From Candidatus Levyibacteriota bacterium (GTDB lineage: Bacteria > Patescibacteriota > Microgenomatia > Levybacterales > UBA12049), in assembly GCA_038205015.1 (NCBI GenBank), contig JBBRCK010000001.1, positions 51,862 through 115,861 on the forward strand: a stretch of 64,000 nucleotides of DNA, given 5' to 3'. Under the pieces are notes generated by a model. That model was not told the origin of the DNA and made no database searches. It saw only the letters and a program-made list of their open reading frames with translations. Shown here piece by piece: positions 17,557-27,591 of the stretch. The first letter of the stretch is position 1. Every line of letters starts with the position of its first letter. The position numbers and the translations under genes were made by a program.

Positions 17557-19614
17557 ATGAAAAATTTAGTAATTGTTGAATCACCAACAAAAGCAAAAAC
17601 AATATCAAAATTTTTAGGTGCTGATTATGAAATTATCGCCTCGATGGGGCATATTATGGATTTGCCAAAGTCCAAGATGAGTATTGACATAGAACACGAT
17701 TTTAAGCCTGATTATCAGGAAATGGTAGATAAAAAAAAGATAATTTCCCAGTTAAAATCTGCCGGAAAAGTGGCTGAAAATATTATACTTGCAACCGATC
17801 CAGATAGAGAAGGAGAGGCGATTGCTGCTCATGTTAAAGAAGTTTTGGATGCAAAAGGCAAAAAATTTTCCAGAGTAGTTTTTCACGAAATTACCAAGGA
17901 GGCAATCGAAGAAGCTTTTGAAACGCCAAGAGAAGTCGATGAGAATTTAGTTGATGCGCAAACTGCGAGAAGAGTTCTAGATAGACTTGTGGGATATAAG
18001 CTTTCACCAATTCTCTGGCAAAAAGTTAGAAGAGGTTTATCTGCCGGAAGAGTCCAATCTGTTGCTCTAAGATTAATTGTTCAAAGAGAAAGAGAAATTG
18101 AAAAATTCAAAAAAGAGCTATATTACACGATTCATGCACTTCTAGAAAAGAGCGGAAAAGAAGCGGAATTTGAGCTTTTTGAAATAGAAGAGAAAAAGCT
18201 TGAGTTTTCGGAAAGTTTTACTCTTTATGCCGGTGATTACAAAATATCAAAGACTATTATTCAGTCCCTTGAGGAAGCTAATAAAATTGTTGAAGAATTA
18301 AATTTAGATAAGTTTCTAGTGTCAGATGTTATTAAAAAGCAGGCAAAAAGGAGCCCGGGGCCAGCATTTACAACTTCAACTTTGCAGCAGGAGGCTTCCA
18401 GAAGATTTGGATTCTCTGGAAAAAGAACAATGTCACTCGCTCAAAAACTTTACGAAGAAGGTTTTATTACTTATCACAGAACAGACTCAGTTAACATGAG
18501 TCAAAGTGCTATTTCTGCAATTAGAAACTTTGCGGAAAAAGAATTTGGTAAAAATTATGTTCCGGAAAAACCTAATATCTATAAAACAAAATCAAAAGTT
18601 GCACAAGAAGCGCATGAGGCAATCAGGCCGACCAAAATTGGAGTTACACACGAAAAAGTTGCAGAGGAATTGGGAAAAGACTTTGCAAAAATTTACGAAG
18701 TCATTTGGAATAGAGCAATTTCATCTCAGTTAAGCGATGCATTGATTGAGCAAACGTCAATAATAGTTGAAGATTCAAATAAAAAATATAAATTAAAAGC
18801 CAACGGGTCGGTTTTGGTTTTTGACGGCTTTTTAAGAATTTACCCGCAAGGAATAAATGATAATTTACTTCCGGACTTTGTTGCCGGAGATAATTTAACG
18901 GCTAAAAAAATAGATGCCAGAGAGCACGAAACGTCTCCACCCCCAAGATACAATGATGCATCGTTAATTGGAATTTTGGAAGAAAAGGGAATTGGCAGGC
19001 CTTCAACTTACGCAACAATTATTTCAACAATTGAATCAAGGCAATATATAGAAAGGCAGGAAGGAAGGTTTCATCCAACCAGCGTAGGCATGGCGGTAAA
19101 TGATTTTTTAGTTGAAAATTTTTCAACAATTGATGATATTCCGTTTACTGCCTTAATGGAAGATGAGTTGGATGAAGTTGCCAACGGAACGAAAAAATGG
19201 GTACCGGTTATAAAAGAATTTTATGAACCTTTTGAAAAAACTTTGGCATTGGTTAAGGATGCGGCCAGAGTAAAAATAGAAGTTGAAAAAACCGATGAAA
19301 TTTGTCCACAAGATGGGGGACACTTAATAATTAGAATTGGGAGATTTGGTAAATTTATGGCGTGCGAAAATTTCCCAGAATGTAAATTTACCAAGCCATT
19401 TGCCCAAGAGACCAATTTAATCTGTCCAAAAGATGGAGCAAAAATTGTGTTCAAAAAAACTAAGAAAGGTCGCAAATTCTATGGTTGTAGTAATTACCCA
19501 AAATGTGACTTTGCTGCTTGGAAAATGGAAGAGATAAAAAATCCTAAAGAAGTTGTTGTAAAAGAAGAAGCATTAAAAACTCCAGAAGTGGCTGAAAATA
19601 AGGAATCAAATTAG
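17557..19614 (+). CDS. topA: DNA topoisomerase I
   Basis: LVIVESPTKA, ATDPDREGE, SAGRVQS, ITYHRTDS, Zn ribbons. Confidence 0.99.
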   Translation: MKNLVIVESPTKAKTISKFLGADYEIIASMGHIMDLPKSKMSIDIEHDFKPDYQEMVDKKKIISQLKSAGKVAENIILATDPDREGEAIAAHVKEVLDAKGKKFSRVVFHEITKEAIEEAFETPREVDENLVDAQTARRVLDRLVGYKLSPILWQKVRRGLSAGRVQSVALRLIVQREREIEKFKKELYYTIHALLEKSGKEAEFELFEIEEKKLEFSESFTLYAGDYKISKTIIQSLEEANKIVEELNLDKFLVSDVIKKQAKRSPGPAFTTSTLQQEASRRFGFSGKRTMSLAQKLYEEGFITYHRTDSVNMSQSAISAIRNFAEKEFGKNYVPEKPNIYKTKSKVAQEAHEAIRPTKIGVTHEKVAEELGKDFAKIYEVIWNRAISSQLSDALIEQTSIIVEDSNKKYKLKANGSVLVFDGFLRIYPQGINDNLLPDFVAGDNLTAKKIDAREHETSPPPRYNDASLIGILEEKGIGRPSTYATIISTIESRQYIERQEGRFHPTSVGMAVNDFLVENFSTIDDIPFTALMEDELDEVANGTKKWVPVIKEFYEPFEKTLALVKDAARVKIEVEKTDEICPQDGGHLIIRIGRFGKFMACENFPECKFTKPFAQETNLICPKDGAKIVFKKTKKGRKFYGCSNYPKCDFAAWKMEEIKNPKEVVVKEEALKTPEVAENKESN

Positions 19615-20084
19615 AAAAATTTGCTGGCAAAAATAATTATTAATATTGCAATCACTTGATTAACAAATCCCCATGGTAAATCTTTTGTAGTATCGAATTT
19701 TTTCTGTAATTTATAAACCCAGCAAAATGGCGCAAATTTCATATCAAAAAACAAATAGGGTGCAGTTAGCCAGTCTGGAAGTTGCGCCATAATTATTATC
19801 AGAAATGCGTAGGAGAGATTAGTCGCAGGGAAAAACAAAAATATTAATGCGTAAGATAGTAAAAATCCAAGAAAAACATCCATAGCACTTTCGATAAAAA
19901 ACTTTCTTTTGCTCTTTTGTGCTCTGTGATATCCGGTATCCCAATGGGGAATAGCATCGGCTAAAAAATGAGAAGCTATGGCAATGGGAATGGCTAAAAT
20001 CGGATTTCCGACTTTAGCAGCAATTACGGTTCCAATTAATGCATGTCCGGTTGCTGTCATAAGGTATCTTATATTATAGTTCAA
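19611..20084 (-). CDS. Membrane-bound metal-dependent hydrolase-like protein
   Basis: H...G and SHFLADAIPHWD motifs; likely start at MTATGH. Confidence 0.6.
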   Translation of the reverse strand: MNYNIRYLMTATGHALIGTVIAAKVGNPILAIPIAIASHFLADAIPHWDTGYHRAQKSKRKFFIESAMDVFLGFLLSYALIFLFFPATNLSYAFLIIIMAQLPDWLTAPYLFFDMKFAPFCWVYKLQKKFDTTKDLPWGFVNQVIAILIIIFASKFF

Positions 20085-20109
20085 ATAACAGAAGTATTGT
20101 CAAGTTTGT

Positions 20110-21762
20110 CTATTCGAGTTCTTCTCTTTTGTTTGCCAGGAACGAAAACCATTGTTCGAAGAATCCCACGATCCCCTTGAAAGGCGTTTCGATTATAAAA
20201 TCAATAATTATTAGTATAAAGTTAATTTGGGCGATTCCCTCGGTAAGACTTCTCCCGACCCTGATAATAGGCACAAAAAAAAAGTCAACAATTGGAGTAA
20301 GGATATTTTGTCGGTAAATTATTCGGTAAGTTGATGCTGTCTGGTAAATTCTGTAAGTTAAAAAAGAAACAATGGTTACAAAGAAGATAAAAATTCCCTG
20401 ACTCAAAATATTAAAATGAAGTTTTCCCAATACGCTTCCAATTAATCCCAAAACGAGACCGATACTTAATAGCCAAAGAATAGAAAAAACTCTGTCTTTA
20501 ATGGTTATCGCACTGTTTTTCTTAAGTCTTAAAAAAAGTTTATTAATAACCTGAGGATTCTCATCAAATAGAAGCTTGTGAATTGCTGCATATATTACTT
20601 GAGAATTTCTTGAATCGGGAATCTTTATTCCCAGGCCTACAATAACCATTAATAATGGAGGAACAATGGTATTTAAAAGAATCGAAAACCATTGGACTCC
20701 GCCTAAAAAGATTCGTTCGAAAGTACCTTCTACAAATAAAGCGATAAAAGCTTTGGTAAAAAGAATAAAAACAAAGCTTCGAATAATTGCAGTTTGCACC
20801 TTTTTTCCGATGCTGCGGTAGCGTTTGTCACAAATTAAAAAAATTGATTTTTTAAAGTTTTCTTCATCTTTTACCAATTTTCTAATATGACCTTTTTGCT
20901 CCATTAAAAGGTCATGCAGAATCAAAAATGCCGGGGCAACTTTTTTAACATGATTAAAAATTCTATCTTTCCTTGGGTAATTAAGTTGATATTCAATCTC
21001 CTTAAAACCCAGAGAGAAATTTGATACTACATGTTCATAATTATCTTGCGTAAGTCTTCCAAAAATTTGTGTAAAAAGCCTGTATCTTAAAAACGCTACA
21101 TCTTCTTTGGCAAAATTCTTTCTAACAGCTATAAAAACTTGCACGTCTTTTGTTTGACTCGAGTCGTCGGTAATGTCCACGCTGTCTTTAAGAATTTGAA
21201 ACATATAATTACTGATGGCTTCTTTTTCTTTGTGAGGAAGTAAAATTATGTCTATCTCACAGGATAAAAGTTGAAGAATATATTGGTTTGCATCGGTATT
21301 TTGAATTAATCTCTTTTTTAAAACTTGGCTTCTTAATTTTAAATAAAGGTTAATAGAAGTAGCAACGTTATTGATTATCGATTCGGGAACAGTTGAATCT
21401 TTAAAATATCCTGCCCAAATAAGTTCTCTGACTAAATCCTCTGCCAGTTTTTTGGAATCTTCGCTCAAAACAAGTAATCTTTTAAGAATTCTTTCAATGG
21501 CTCTTCTTAAGATTGTTTCTTCCGAGCCGTAATCCATGGCTGTTCGAACCTTTTCGTAAAAGGAGGCAACTTTGGAAACAAGCATATTTACCGAAATCTT
21601 TTTATCGTTGTTTATTAAATCTTCGTTTTCAAAAGTTTTTATTAAGGCATTGGACAGTTTAGAAAAATCCGCGTCAATGTTATCTGAAGTCATATATTGA
21701 TAACGCATTATAGCAGGTGGCTGGAGGCTGTCAAATAAAGCAGATAAGCTATTTCTTTCCAA
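20110..21762 (-). CDS. Conserved-looking hypothetical membrane protein
   Basis: 550 aa; YEKVR..MDY.EE..LRR.AI.R.L.R motif and C-terminal TM helices. Confidence 0.75.
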   Translation of the reverse strand: MERNSLSALFDSLQPPAIMRYQYMTSDNIDADFSKLSNALIKTFENEDLINNDKKISVNMLVSKVASFYEKVRTAMDYGSEETILRRAIERILKRLLVLSEDSKKLAEDLVRELIWAGYFKDSTVPESIINNVATSINLYLKLRSQVLKKRLIQNTDANQYILQLLSCEIDIILLPHKEKEAISNYMFQILKDSVDITDDSSQTKDVQVFIAVRKNFAKEDVAFLRYRLFTQIFGRLTQDNYEHVVSNFSLGFKEIEYQLNYPRKDRIFNHVKKVAPAFLILHDLLMEQKGHIRKLVKDEENFKKSIFLICDKRYRSIGKKVQTAIIRSFVFILFTKAFIALFVEGTFERIFLGGVQWFSILLNTIVPPLLMVIVGLGIKIPDSRNSQVIYAAIHKLLFDENPQVINKLFLRLKKNSAITIKDRVFSILWLLSIGLVLGLIGSVLGKLHFNILSQGIFIFFVTIVSFLTYRIYQTASTYRIIYRQNILTPIVDFFFVPIIRVGRSLTEGIAQINFILIIIDFIIETPFKGIVGFFEQWFSFLANKREELE

Positions 21763-22057
21763 AAATGCTTTTTAACCGGTCAGCCCAGCTTGATTTTGGA
21801 GGAGTAACTTCGGAAATAAGCGTTGTAGGAGTAGCTTCTGGAGCCTGCGTAGTAGGTTTTGTTCCTGACCCTGGTCCGTACGCCTTTATTAATCTTGCAA
21901 CTGCTTCGGCGTGTGCCTTATCGTATGTGCCAATTGTTGTGCGCATAGTTTGTGTCGGCTCAACCCCGTTATGAATAAAAGGTTCGGGAGTAGGTGTAGT
22001 CGGAGCTTGGTCTACATAAACAGGTGTTGGTTGCTCCGAATTATTTAGTTCAGCCAT
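21749..22057 (-). CDS. Pro/Thr-rich hypothetical protein
   Basis: 102 aa, low complexity, amphipathic C-terminus SWADRLKSIFGKK. Confidence 0.65.
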   Translation of the reverse strand: MAELNNSEQPTPVYVDQAPTTPTPEPFIHNGVEPTQTMRTTIGTYDKAHAEAVARLIKAYGPGSGTKPTTQAPEATPTTLISEVTPPKSSWADRLKSIFGKK

Positions 22058-22112
22058 GAGAAAAGCCTACCAACAATATAAAATTGTGTCAACTTTTAGT
22101 ATAATAGCGGTT

Positions 22113-22646
22113 ATGCTAAAACTTGTTGCAAAAGAACTCAGAAATACAAAGCCTTCTAAAGAAGATTTGGAAAAAATAAAAAGACGGGATATATATTTTA
22201 TTTTAGATAATATTTTGGATACTTATAATATAGGTGGGATATTTAGATTGGCAGACGCAATTGGAGTAAAAAAAATATTTATTTGTGGGGAATCTGAAAC
22301 ACCGCCAAATCACAAAATTAAAAAGGCTTCTATAAATACTACCGAATGGATTGAGTGGGAATATGCAGAAACAGCGGTTTCTGCGATTAAAGATTTAAGA
22401 TTAAAGAATGAGGGTATACAAGTAATCGCAGTTGAGCAAAGCGAAAAAAGTGTTTCTTATACAGAAATAGATTATCAATTACCAATTGCTTTAGTTGTCG
22501 GACATGAAACAAACGGTGTTTTAAATGAAGTTTTGGAGGCTTGTGACTATATTGCCGAAATTCCAATGTGGGGAGTAAATACGAGCTTAAATGTAATAAT
22601 TTCTTTAGGAGTAGTTTCTTACGCCATGCTAAGCAAAATTAGTTAA
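22113..22646 (+). CDS. TrmH/SpoU-family RNA methyltransferase
   Basis: N.G..FRLADA, VVGHETNG, IPM.G...SLNV; TATAAT 7 nt before ATG22113. Confidence 0.93.
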   Translation: MLKLVAKELRNTKPSKEDLEKIKRRDIYFILDNILDTYNIGGIFRLADAIGVKKIFICGESETPPNHKIKKASINTTEWIEWEYAETAVSAIKDLRLKNEGIQVIAVEQSEKSVSYTEIDYQLPIALVVGHETNGVLNEVLEACDYIAEIPMWGVNTSLNVIISLGVVSYAMLSKIS

Positions 22647-23434
22647 TCAATAAGAGTTACGATTTTATCATATCCACCGAAGTCAGTAACGGTTGGCAAT
22701 AGTCTTTGTCCCGAAGTCGGAAAATCATAAACTTTTCCTCTTAATACTAAGTTTGTATTTTCAGCCAAAATATTCCCTTTAGTATCCTCATACATAAAAA
22801 AACTTAATATAGAATCTGCTGGTAATTTTCCGTTTAATCTTAGGGGGACAAGTCTTTCAACAATAAGTTTTGCAGAAAGGTCATGAAGTTCTTCTACTGA
22901 ATAAGGCAATTCCGCAGTATTACCGTCCATAATTTCTTTAGTAGCTTTTCTAATTGCAATAAGCTCGGAAGCGGTTCTAAATGCAAAATTAAACCCGGTT
23001 TCATCAGAAATAAAAGCTCCGCCTAAAAGTGTTTCTGCTTCTTTAGAGTTTTGCGCAACGCCGCTTCGTCTTAAATCAAAAAGCTCAGTTTTTATTAAAT
23101 ATTCTTCTTCAGGATTTTCTGTAGACGGAGCATAAATAGAAATTTTATTCATTGAAAAAGGATGAATTTCTTCGTTGGGATATTTACTTATAACAATTTC
23201 GATTCTGTCATCCGGAGCCTGCAAGTTAGCTAAAAGTAAATCAATTGTTATTTGGTCTTTAATTACATGAAGCCTCCTAATCTCGTTATATTGAGTTATA
23301 GGGAGAAATCTGTTCGGGCTTTCATCTCTTAACGAATAAATTGCAGCAATTTGTTTACTAAGACTACTTATTTCTCCAATTAGTTCGGGCGTTGTTGGGA
23401 GTGGTTGATTCTGAACTCTAAGTGTTTCTATCAT
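22643..23434 (-). CDS. Hypothetical protein (ORFan)
   Basis: 263-aa ORF with upstream TATAAT. Confidence 0.75.
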   Translation of the reverse strand: MIETLRVQNQPLPTTPELIGEISSLSKQIAAIYSLRDESPNRFLPITQYNEIRRLHVIKDQITIDLLLANLQAPDDRIEIVISKYPNEEIHPFSMNKISIYAPSTENPEEEYLIKTELFDLRRSGVAQNSKEAETLLGGAFISDETGFNFAFRTASELIAIRKATKEIMDGNTAELPYSVEELHDLSAKLIVERLVPLRLNGKLPADSILSFFMYEDTKGNILAENTNLVLRGKVYDFPTSGQRLLPTVTDFGGYDKIVTLID

Positions 23435-23504
23435 GGTTTAGGATTATAAAGTTAAAATCGTAAACTTTCAATAAGTATGTCTTTTTATGTAATAGGTTTT
23501 TGAT

Positions 23505-23633
23505 ATGAAAACAACAGATAATCTTAAAAAACATATGAGCAATAATCCAGTTTAAAATTTTTGATTAATTATTCTAAAAAAACTTGTTATACAAGAACTC
23601 AAAAATACAAAATTATCGGAAGAAGATTTGGAT
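23505..23633 (+). pseudogene. Fused relics of the 5' ends of the SAM methyltransferase (25013) and trmH-like (22113) genes
   Basis: 23508-23555 vs 25019-25066: 38/48 nt identical; 23580-23633 vs 22119-22172: 43/54 nt identical (manual alignment). Confidence 0.75.
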
Positions 23634-23677
23634 GAATATAATTATTTAGTTTTTTACTTTATCACTTCAAAAATCGC

Positions 23678-24943
23678 TTAGGCGGCCTCTTGCGCTATCC
23701 ATCTGTCTACGATGGCTTCTATTCGATACATTTTAGAAACAGGATATAAGGAGAAGACAATGTTAAGATCAATAGTTTTTTGAGGACATTTTTCCAAAAC
23801 TCTTGTATACAAATTTTTAATGCGATTTTTAGTTTCTGCGAAGTTAAAAGTTGGATGGGAATTTTCTATTATTGCTCTAACCTTAGGATCTTCGCTCTTA
23901 AACATTCCGTCGATTGCATTTCTGGTTTTTTTATCGATATTTCTAAAAGTGGAAGTGGGAATATGAGATTTTCGTGGTTCTGAAAATAACTCTGCTAACA
24001 GTTCTTCGCTTGATAAATTAGCTGCATGCTTCATTCGTCTTTTTAAGTTTGCTTCTTCTTGTTCGGGTCTATCTCGAAAAACTTCAATTTCACTTCTAAT
24101 ATCTTCTGTTAAGAAAAGTCTGTCAGAAGCTCCTAAAGTAGGCAGGGAATACATATTTCTAAACCCTTCCATAAAAGCGTGTCCTTCTTCATGCATAGCA
24201 GTGACAAATCGATCAGCTGGAATATGCTTTTTAGGTACCTGTTTCTCCAAAATAGTTCCTACTAAATCATCAACCCCATCGTAGGGGATCGATACGTAAG
24301 AATGTATTCCTTGTTCATGTAGGCCAAAAGAAGTTTGCGATCCTGTAACTTTGTCATAATCAAACCAGTTAAAGAAGTATGCAATTGAAAACCTGCGATA
24401 CTGGACAAATCTTGGCTCTCTGTTCTTAATTGAATAAGCGCCTGGATTATCTACGAAACCTTCTTTATCTAATTTGCTTTTTTTCGCTTTCTGGACATCC
24501 CTTAATTGAGTTCTGTTTTCGCAGAGATGATTAATGCCAGTCGTTAATGAGTCCAGAAAGATTATTCCTGGATTAGTTTCCAATGTTTTGATTTTTTCAT
24601 CAAGCGCCTGATATTTTTTGAGAGATCTGGTTTTTAACGTCACGTCATAAAAAGAACCGGACTCTTCTAAAGCTTCTTGTTGTTTATGTAAATCATTTAA
24701 GGCGTCATATTTTTGTGCGTCTTCAGGAAAATATTCTCTAGCTTTTAGGTAGATACTTTTTAAAGCAGAACATTCACTGCTTACTTCTTCTTTTGATTGA
24801 CCAAAAGTTGCGATTGGTAGAGAAGTAGTAACAGTAAGAAGATCTTTAACTAGACCTATTTTTACATCGATGTCGCCATATAGCGAGTCAGCTTGAAATT
24901 CTCTCTTTAATGATTTACTTGGTGTTCGTTCGGTGCTCATCAA
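23678..24943 (-). CDS. Hypothetical protein with zincin HExxH motif
   Basis: TAMHEEGHAFME plus downstream SEELLAE. Confidence 0.7.
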   Translation of the reverse strand: MMSTERTPSKSLKREFQADSLYGDIDVKIGLVKDLLTVTTSLPIATFGQSKEEVSSECSALKSIYLKAREYFPEDAQKYDALNDLHKQQEALEESGSFYDVTLKTRSLKKYQALDEKIKTLETNPGIIFLDSLTTGINHLCENRTQLRDVQKAKKSKLDKEGFVDNPGAYSIKNREPRFVQYRRFSIAYFFNWFDYDKVTGSQTSFGLHEQGIHSYVSIPYDGVDDLVGTILEKQVPKKHIPADRFVTAMHEEGHAFMEGFRNMYSLPTLGASDRLFLTEDIRSEIEVFRDRPEQEEANLKRRMKHAANLSSEELLAELFSEPRKSHIPTSTFRNIDKKTRNAIDGMFKSEDPKVRAIIENSHPTFNFAETKNRIKNLYTRVLEKCPQKTIDLNIVFSLYPVSKMYRIEAIVDRWIAQEAA

Positions 24944-25012
24944 GGTAAAAGTCTAGCACAAAAATAACTATAGGTCAAGATTAGCATGTGAATTTGTTGT
25001 ATAATACTTTCC

Positions 25013-25615
25013 ATGCCTAAACCAACAGATAATTTTAAAAAACATACACATAAAAATCCAATTCAAAGGCTTTTACTTTGGAATTTTTTTAATAATTTAG
25101 TAAATCTAATTTCCACCAAAAAAGTAGATTTTATCTTAGACGTCGGTTGCGGAGAAGGCTTTACTCTAAATCGTTTAAAGGAGCATAAGATCGGTAATCA
25201 TTTGGAGGGAATAGAGTATCTAAAGGACGCCATTGAGCTTGGTAAGAAAGTGTATCCGAATATTAAGATTACTAAAGGAGACATCTATAAATTGCCTTAT
25301 AAAGATAATTCTTTTGACTTAGTTTTGTGCACCGAAGTTTTGGAGCACTTAGAAAAACCGGAAGATGGCTTAAAGGAACTGGTTCGGGTATCGAAGAAAT
25401 ATTTAGTTATCTCGGTTCCAAATGAGCCATTTTTTATGTTCGCACAATTTATAAGGGGAAAAAACTGGTCACGACTTGGAAATGATGTCGAACATATAAA
25501 TCATTGGACAATGTTTGGCTTTCCGAAATTTGTCAAAAAAAATGCAGGCGCAAGCGTTAGGATTCTTGCCAGGTGTTTTCCTTTCGCCTGGACAATGCTA
25601 CTTTTGGAAAAATAA
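25013..25615 (+). CDS. Class I SAM-dependent methyltransferase
   Basis: ILDVGCGEG, LPY.DNSFDLV.C.EVLEH. Confidence 0.95.
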   Translation: MPKPTDNFKKHTHKNPIQRLLLWNFFNNLVNLISTKKVDFILDVGCGEGFTLNRLKEHKIGNHLEGIEYLKDAIELGKKVYPNIKITKGDIYKLPYKDNSFDLVLCTEVLEHLEKPEDGLKELVRVSKKYLVISVPNEPFFMFAQFIRGKNWSRLGNDVEHINHWTMFGFPKFVKKNAGASVRILARCFPFAWTMLLLEK

Positions 25616-25669
25616 TTTTCTTGACTTTTTTTATCAAAGTGCTGTAATTGAATAAGAACTTATTTTTTT

Positions 25670-26959
25670 ATGGTTGAAATTCTTGAGCCTGGTAAGTCCC
25701 CTGAGCGACTTTCATCAGAAAAGCCGTTTCTTCTTGTTGGCCATACTTATCAACCCTTTAGAAAACCGTTTATGCCGATAGCAAAAGAAAAATTAAATAT
25801 AGTATCAGAGGTTAATGAAAAAATTTATCAAGAGTGTTACAAGCCAATTTTTGTAGATGGGTCATTGCCGCGTGGTTTTGCTTTCTCGTTTTATCCTGGT
25901 TCAAGAGAATGGATGAAGGAAGCTCACCCAGAAGAATATCAGCGGGTTGTCGAAAAAATAAACGCATTCCCAAATAAAGAATATCAGGTTTTAGGAGATC
26001 CATTTGCGCATAACATATTGCCTCTTCAGCCAAAAGCGGACCAGGAGATGCTAATTAGGATGGGTAGGAAAGCGTTTGAGGATGATTTTGGATTTACACC
26101 TAAGGGGATGTGGTTGCCGGAAACGGCAGTTTCAAAAACAACTCTAGAAGCGGTTTCGGATGCAGGATATAAATTTGTGGTGTTAAGAGATGATCAATTG
26201 CAAACTAAGACTACAAACCCGATGCGTATTCAGCTTGGAGGTGAAAGAGAAATATTTATTATTCATTTTAATACTGGATTAAATCAATCAATGTCCTTTA
26301 CTCCCGAGAGAACTGTAAATGGAGATGCGTTTCTCGATAGTCTTCCTAAATCAGGTTTGGAGCCGGTTGTTAGTGCAAGTGATAGTGAGTTTTACGGCCA
26401 TCATCAAGAGAATAAGGATAAGTTTTTAAAATATATTGGTGCGCCCGGAGTCTTGGAGCAACATGGATTTACTCCTTTTGATATAAAAACTGCATTGCAA
26501 AGAGACGATATTCAAACAACTGATCTTTGGGAGAATTCCAGTTGGACTTGTGATGATAATCTTGGAAGATGGAGAGGCGATTGTTCTTGCCATGGAACTA
26601 CAGAAGCAATAGATGCAGATAAGCGGTATCTATTCAGAACTCTAAATGATTATGGATTAGAAATAAATTCAAGGCTTGATGTATCGGATTCAGGATGGAG
26701 GGAAAAATTTACTGAATTTATTTTAAGTTCAAGAGGTAAGTTGTTCGGCTCTGAACAAGAAGCACCGATTATGGATAGTCCTTTATTTTGGGCAAAATAT
26801 CTCGAACTTATGGTAGGTAAAACAAGCTGCGGGTGGTATTTTGGAGATGAAGATTCTCCAACCAGAAAGCTTCCAAGAGCAGCAATTGCAGAAATAGAAC
26901 AGTTAGTGCCTGATATCCGTGAGCATACAGTATTTATCAGGGGACAAGCCGCAGCATAA
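25670..26959 (+). CDS. Glycoside hydrolase family 57-like protein
   Basis: GHTYQP, H.ILPL, GMWLPETAV, SDSEFYGHH, SSW.C...GRW..DC.C. Confidence 0.85.
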   Translation: MVEILEPGKSPERLSSEKPFLLVGHTYQPFRKPFMPIAKEKLNIVSEVNEKIYQECYKPIFVDGSLPRGFAFSFYPGSREWMKEAHPEEYQRVVEKINAFPNKEYQVLGDPFAHNILPLQPKADQEMLIRMGRKAFEDDFGFTPKGMWLPETAVSKTTLEAVSDAGYKFVVLRDDQLQTKTTNPMRIQLGGEREIFIIHFNTGLNQSMSFTPERTVNGDAFLDSLPKSGLEPVVSASDSEFYGHHQENKDKFLKYIGAPGVLEQHGFTPFDIKTALQRDDIQTTDLWENSSWTCDDNLGRWRGDCSCHGTTEAIDADKRYLFRTLNDYGLEINSRLDVSDSGWREKFTEFILSSRGKLFGSEQEAPIMDSPLFWAKYLELMVGKTSCGWYFGDEDSPTRKLPRAAIAEIEQLVPDIREHTVFIRGQAAA

Positions 26960-27032
26960 AATTAAATAAATACCCCTCCGTTTGACTAATGATATATTGA
27001 CAAGTAAAAATCAATATGATACTTTTTGGCCT

Positions 27033-27527
27033 ATGAGAAAAAATGGTATTGAAAATGGTGGATTAAAACCTGTGACCCCCGAGCAAGTAGCAGGAATGGG
27101 GCCAAAAGCAAAAGCAAGACTTGAAGGTATAGTTTCAAGTTTAAGGAGAGCGCAAAGAACAGATGTTAGAAGAAAACCCGATGTTGTTTTGCCAGTAGTA
27201 GTTTCAGATTATGAAGTTCCAGATGTATTACCCGAACCAATAAGTGCTTTTCCAATTGGGCAAGAGGTAACGGTTTTTGATCCACAAAAAGTAAGCTCAG
27301 TGCTGGGAGATGCAGTTCGAGCAGAGCCTTCGGTTAAAGATCCATATTTTAAAGAGGAGTCTTTAAGAGCGGTAGGCGCTAATGGCATCGTAGCTGGCGA
27401 TGATGCATTACTTTCCTGTGTTGATGGTTTACCGGTATCACTCGAAGGATTAATAGAAGCAGAAGAATATGAACAAGCACAGGAACTTTTTGACTACGGA
27501 ATCACCGCAAGAGATCTAAGGGAATAG
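27033..27527 (+). CDS. Hypothetical protein (ORFan)
   Basis: ORF in track frame; TTGACA...GATACT promoter favours ATG27033. Confidence 0.65.
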   Translation: MRKNGIENGGLKPVTPEQVAGMGPKAKARLEGIVSSLRRAQRTDVRRKPDVVLPVVVSDYEVPDVLPEPISAFPIGQEVTVFDPQKVSSVLGDAVRAEPSVKDPYFKEESLRAVGANGIVAGDDALLSCVDGLPVSLEGLIEAEEYEQAQELFDYGITARDLRE

Positions 27528-27563
27528 TATTTTTGTCTAAAAAGAATTTGAAGCTTTTTCTCC

Positions 27564-27591
27564 TTGACAAAAATTTCAAAACAATTATAAT
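27564..27591 (+). promoter_or_regulatory. rRNA promoter
   Basis: TTGACA-16-TATAAT ~250 nt upstream of the 16S; boxA-like GCACTTT(A/G)AA at 27674 and 27700. Confidence 0.85.
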
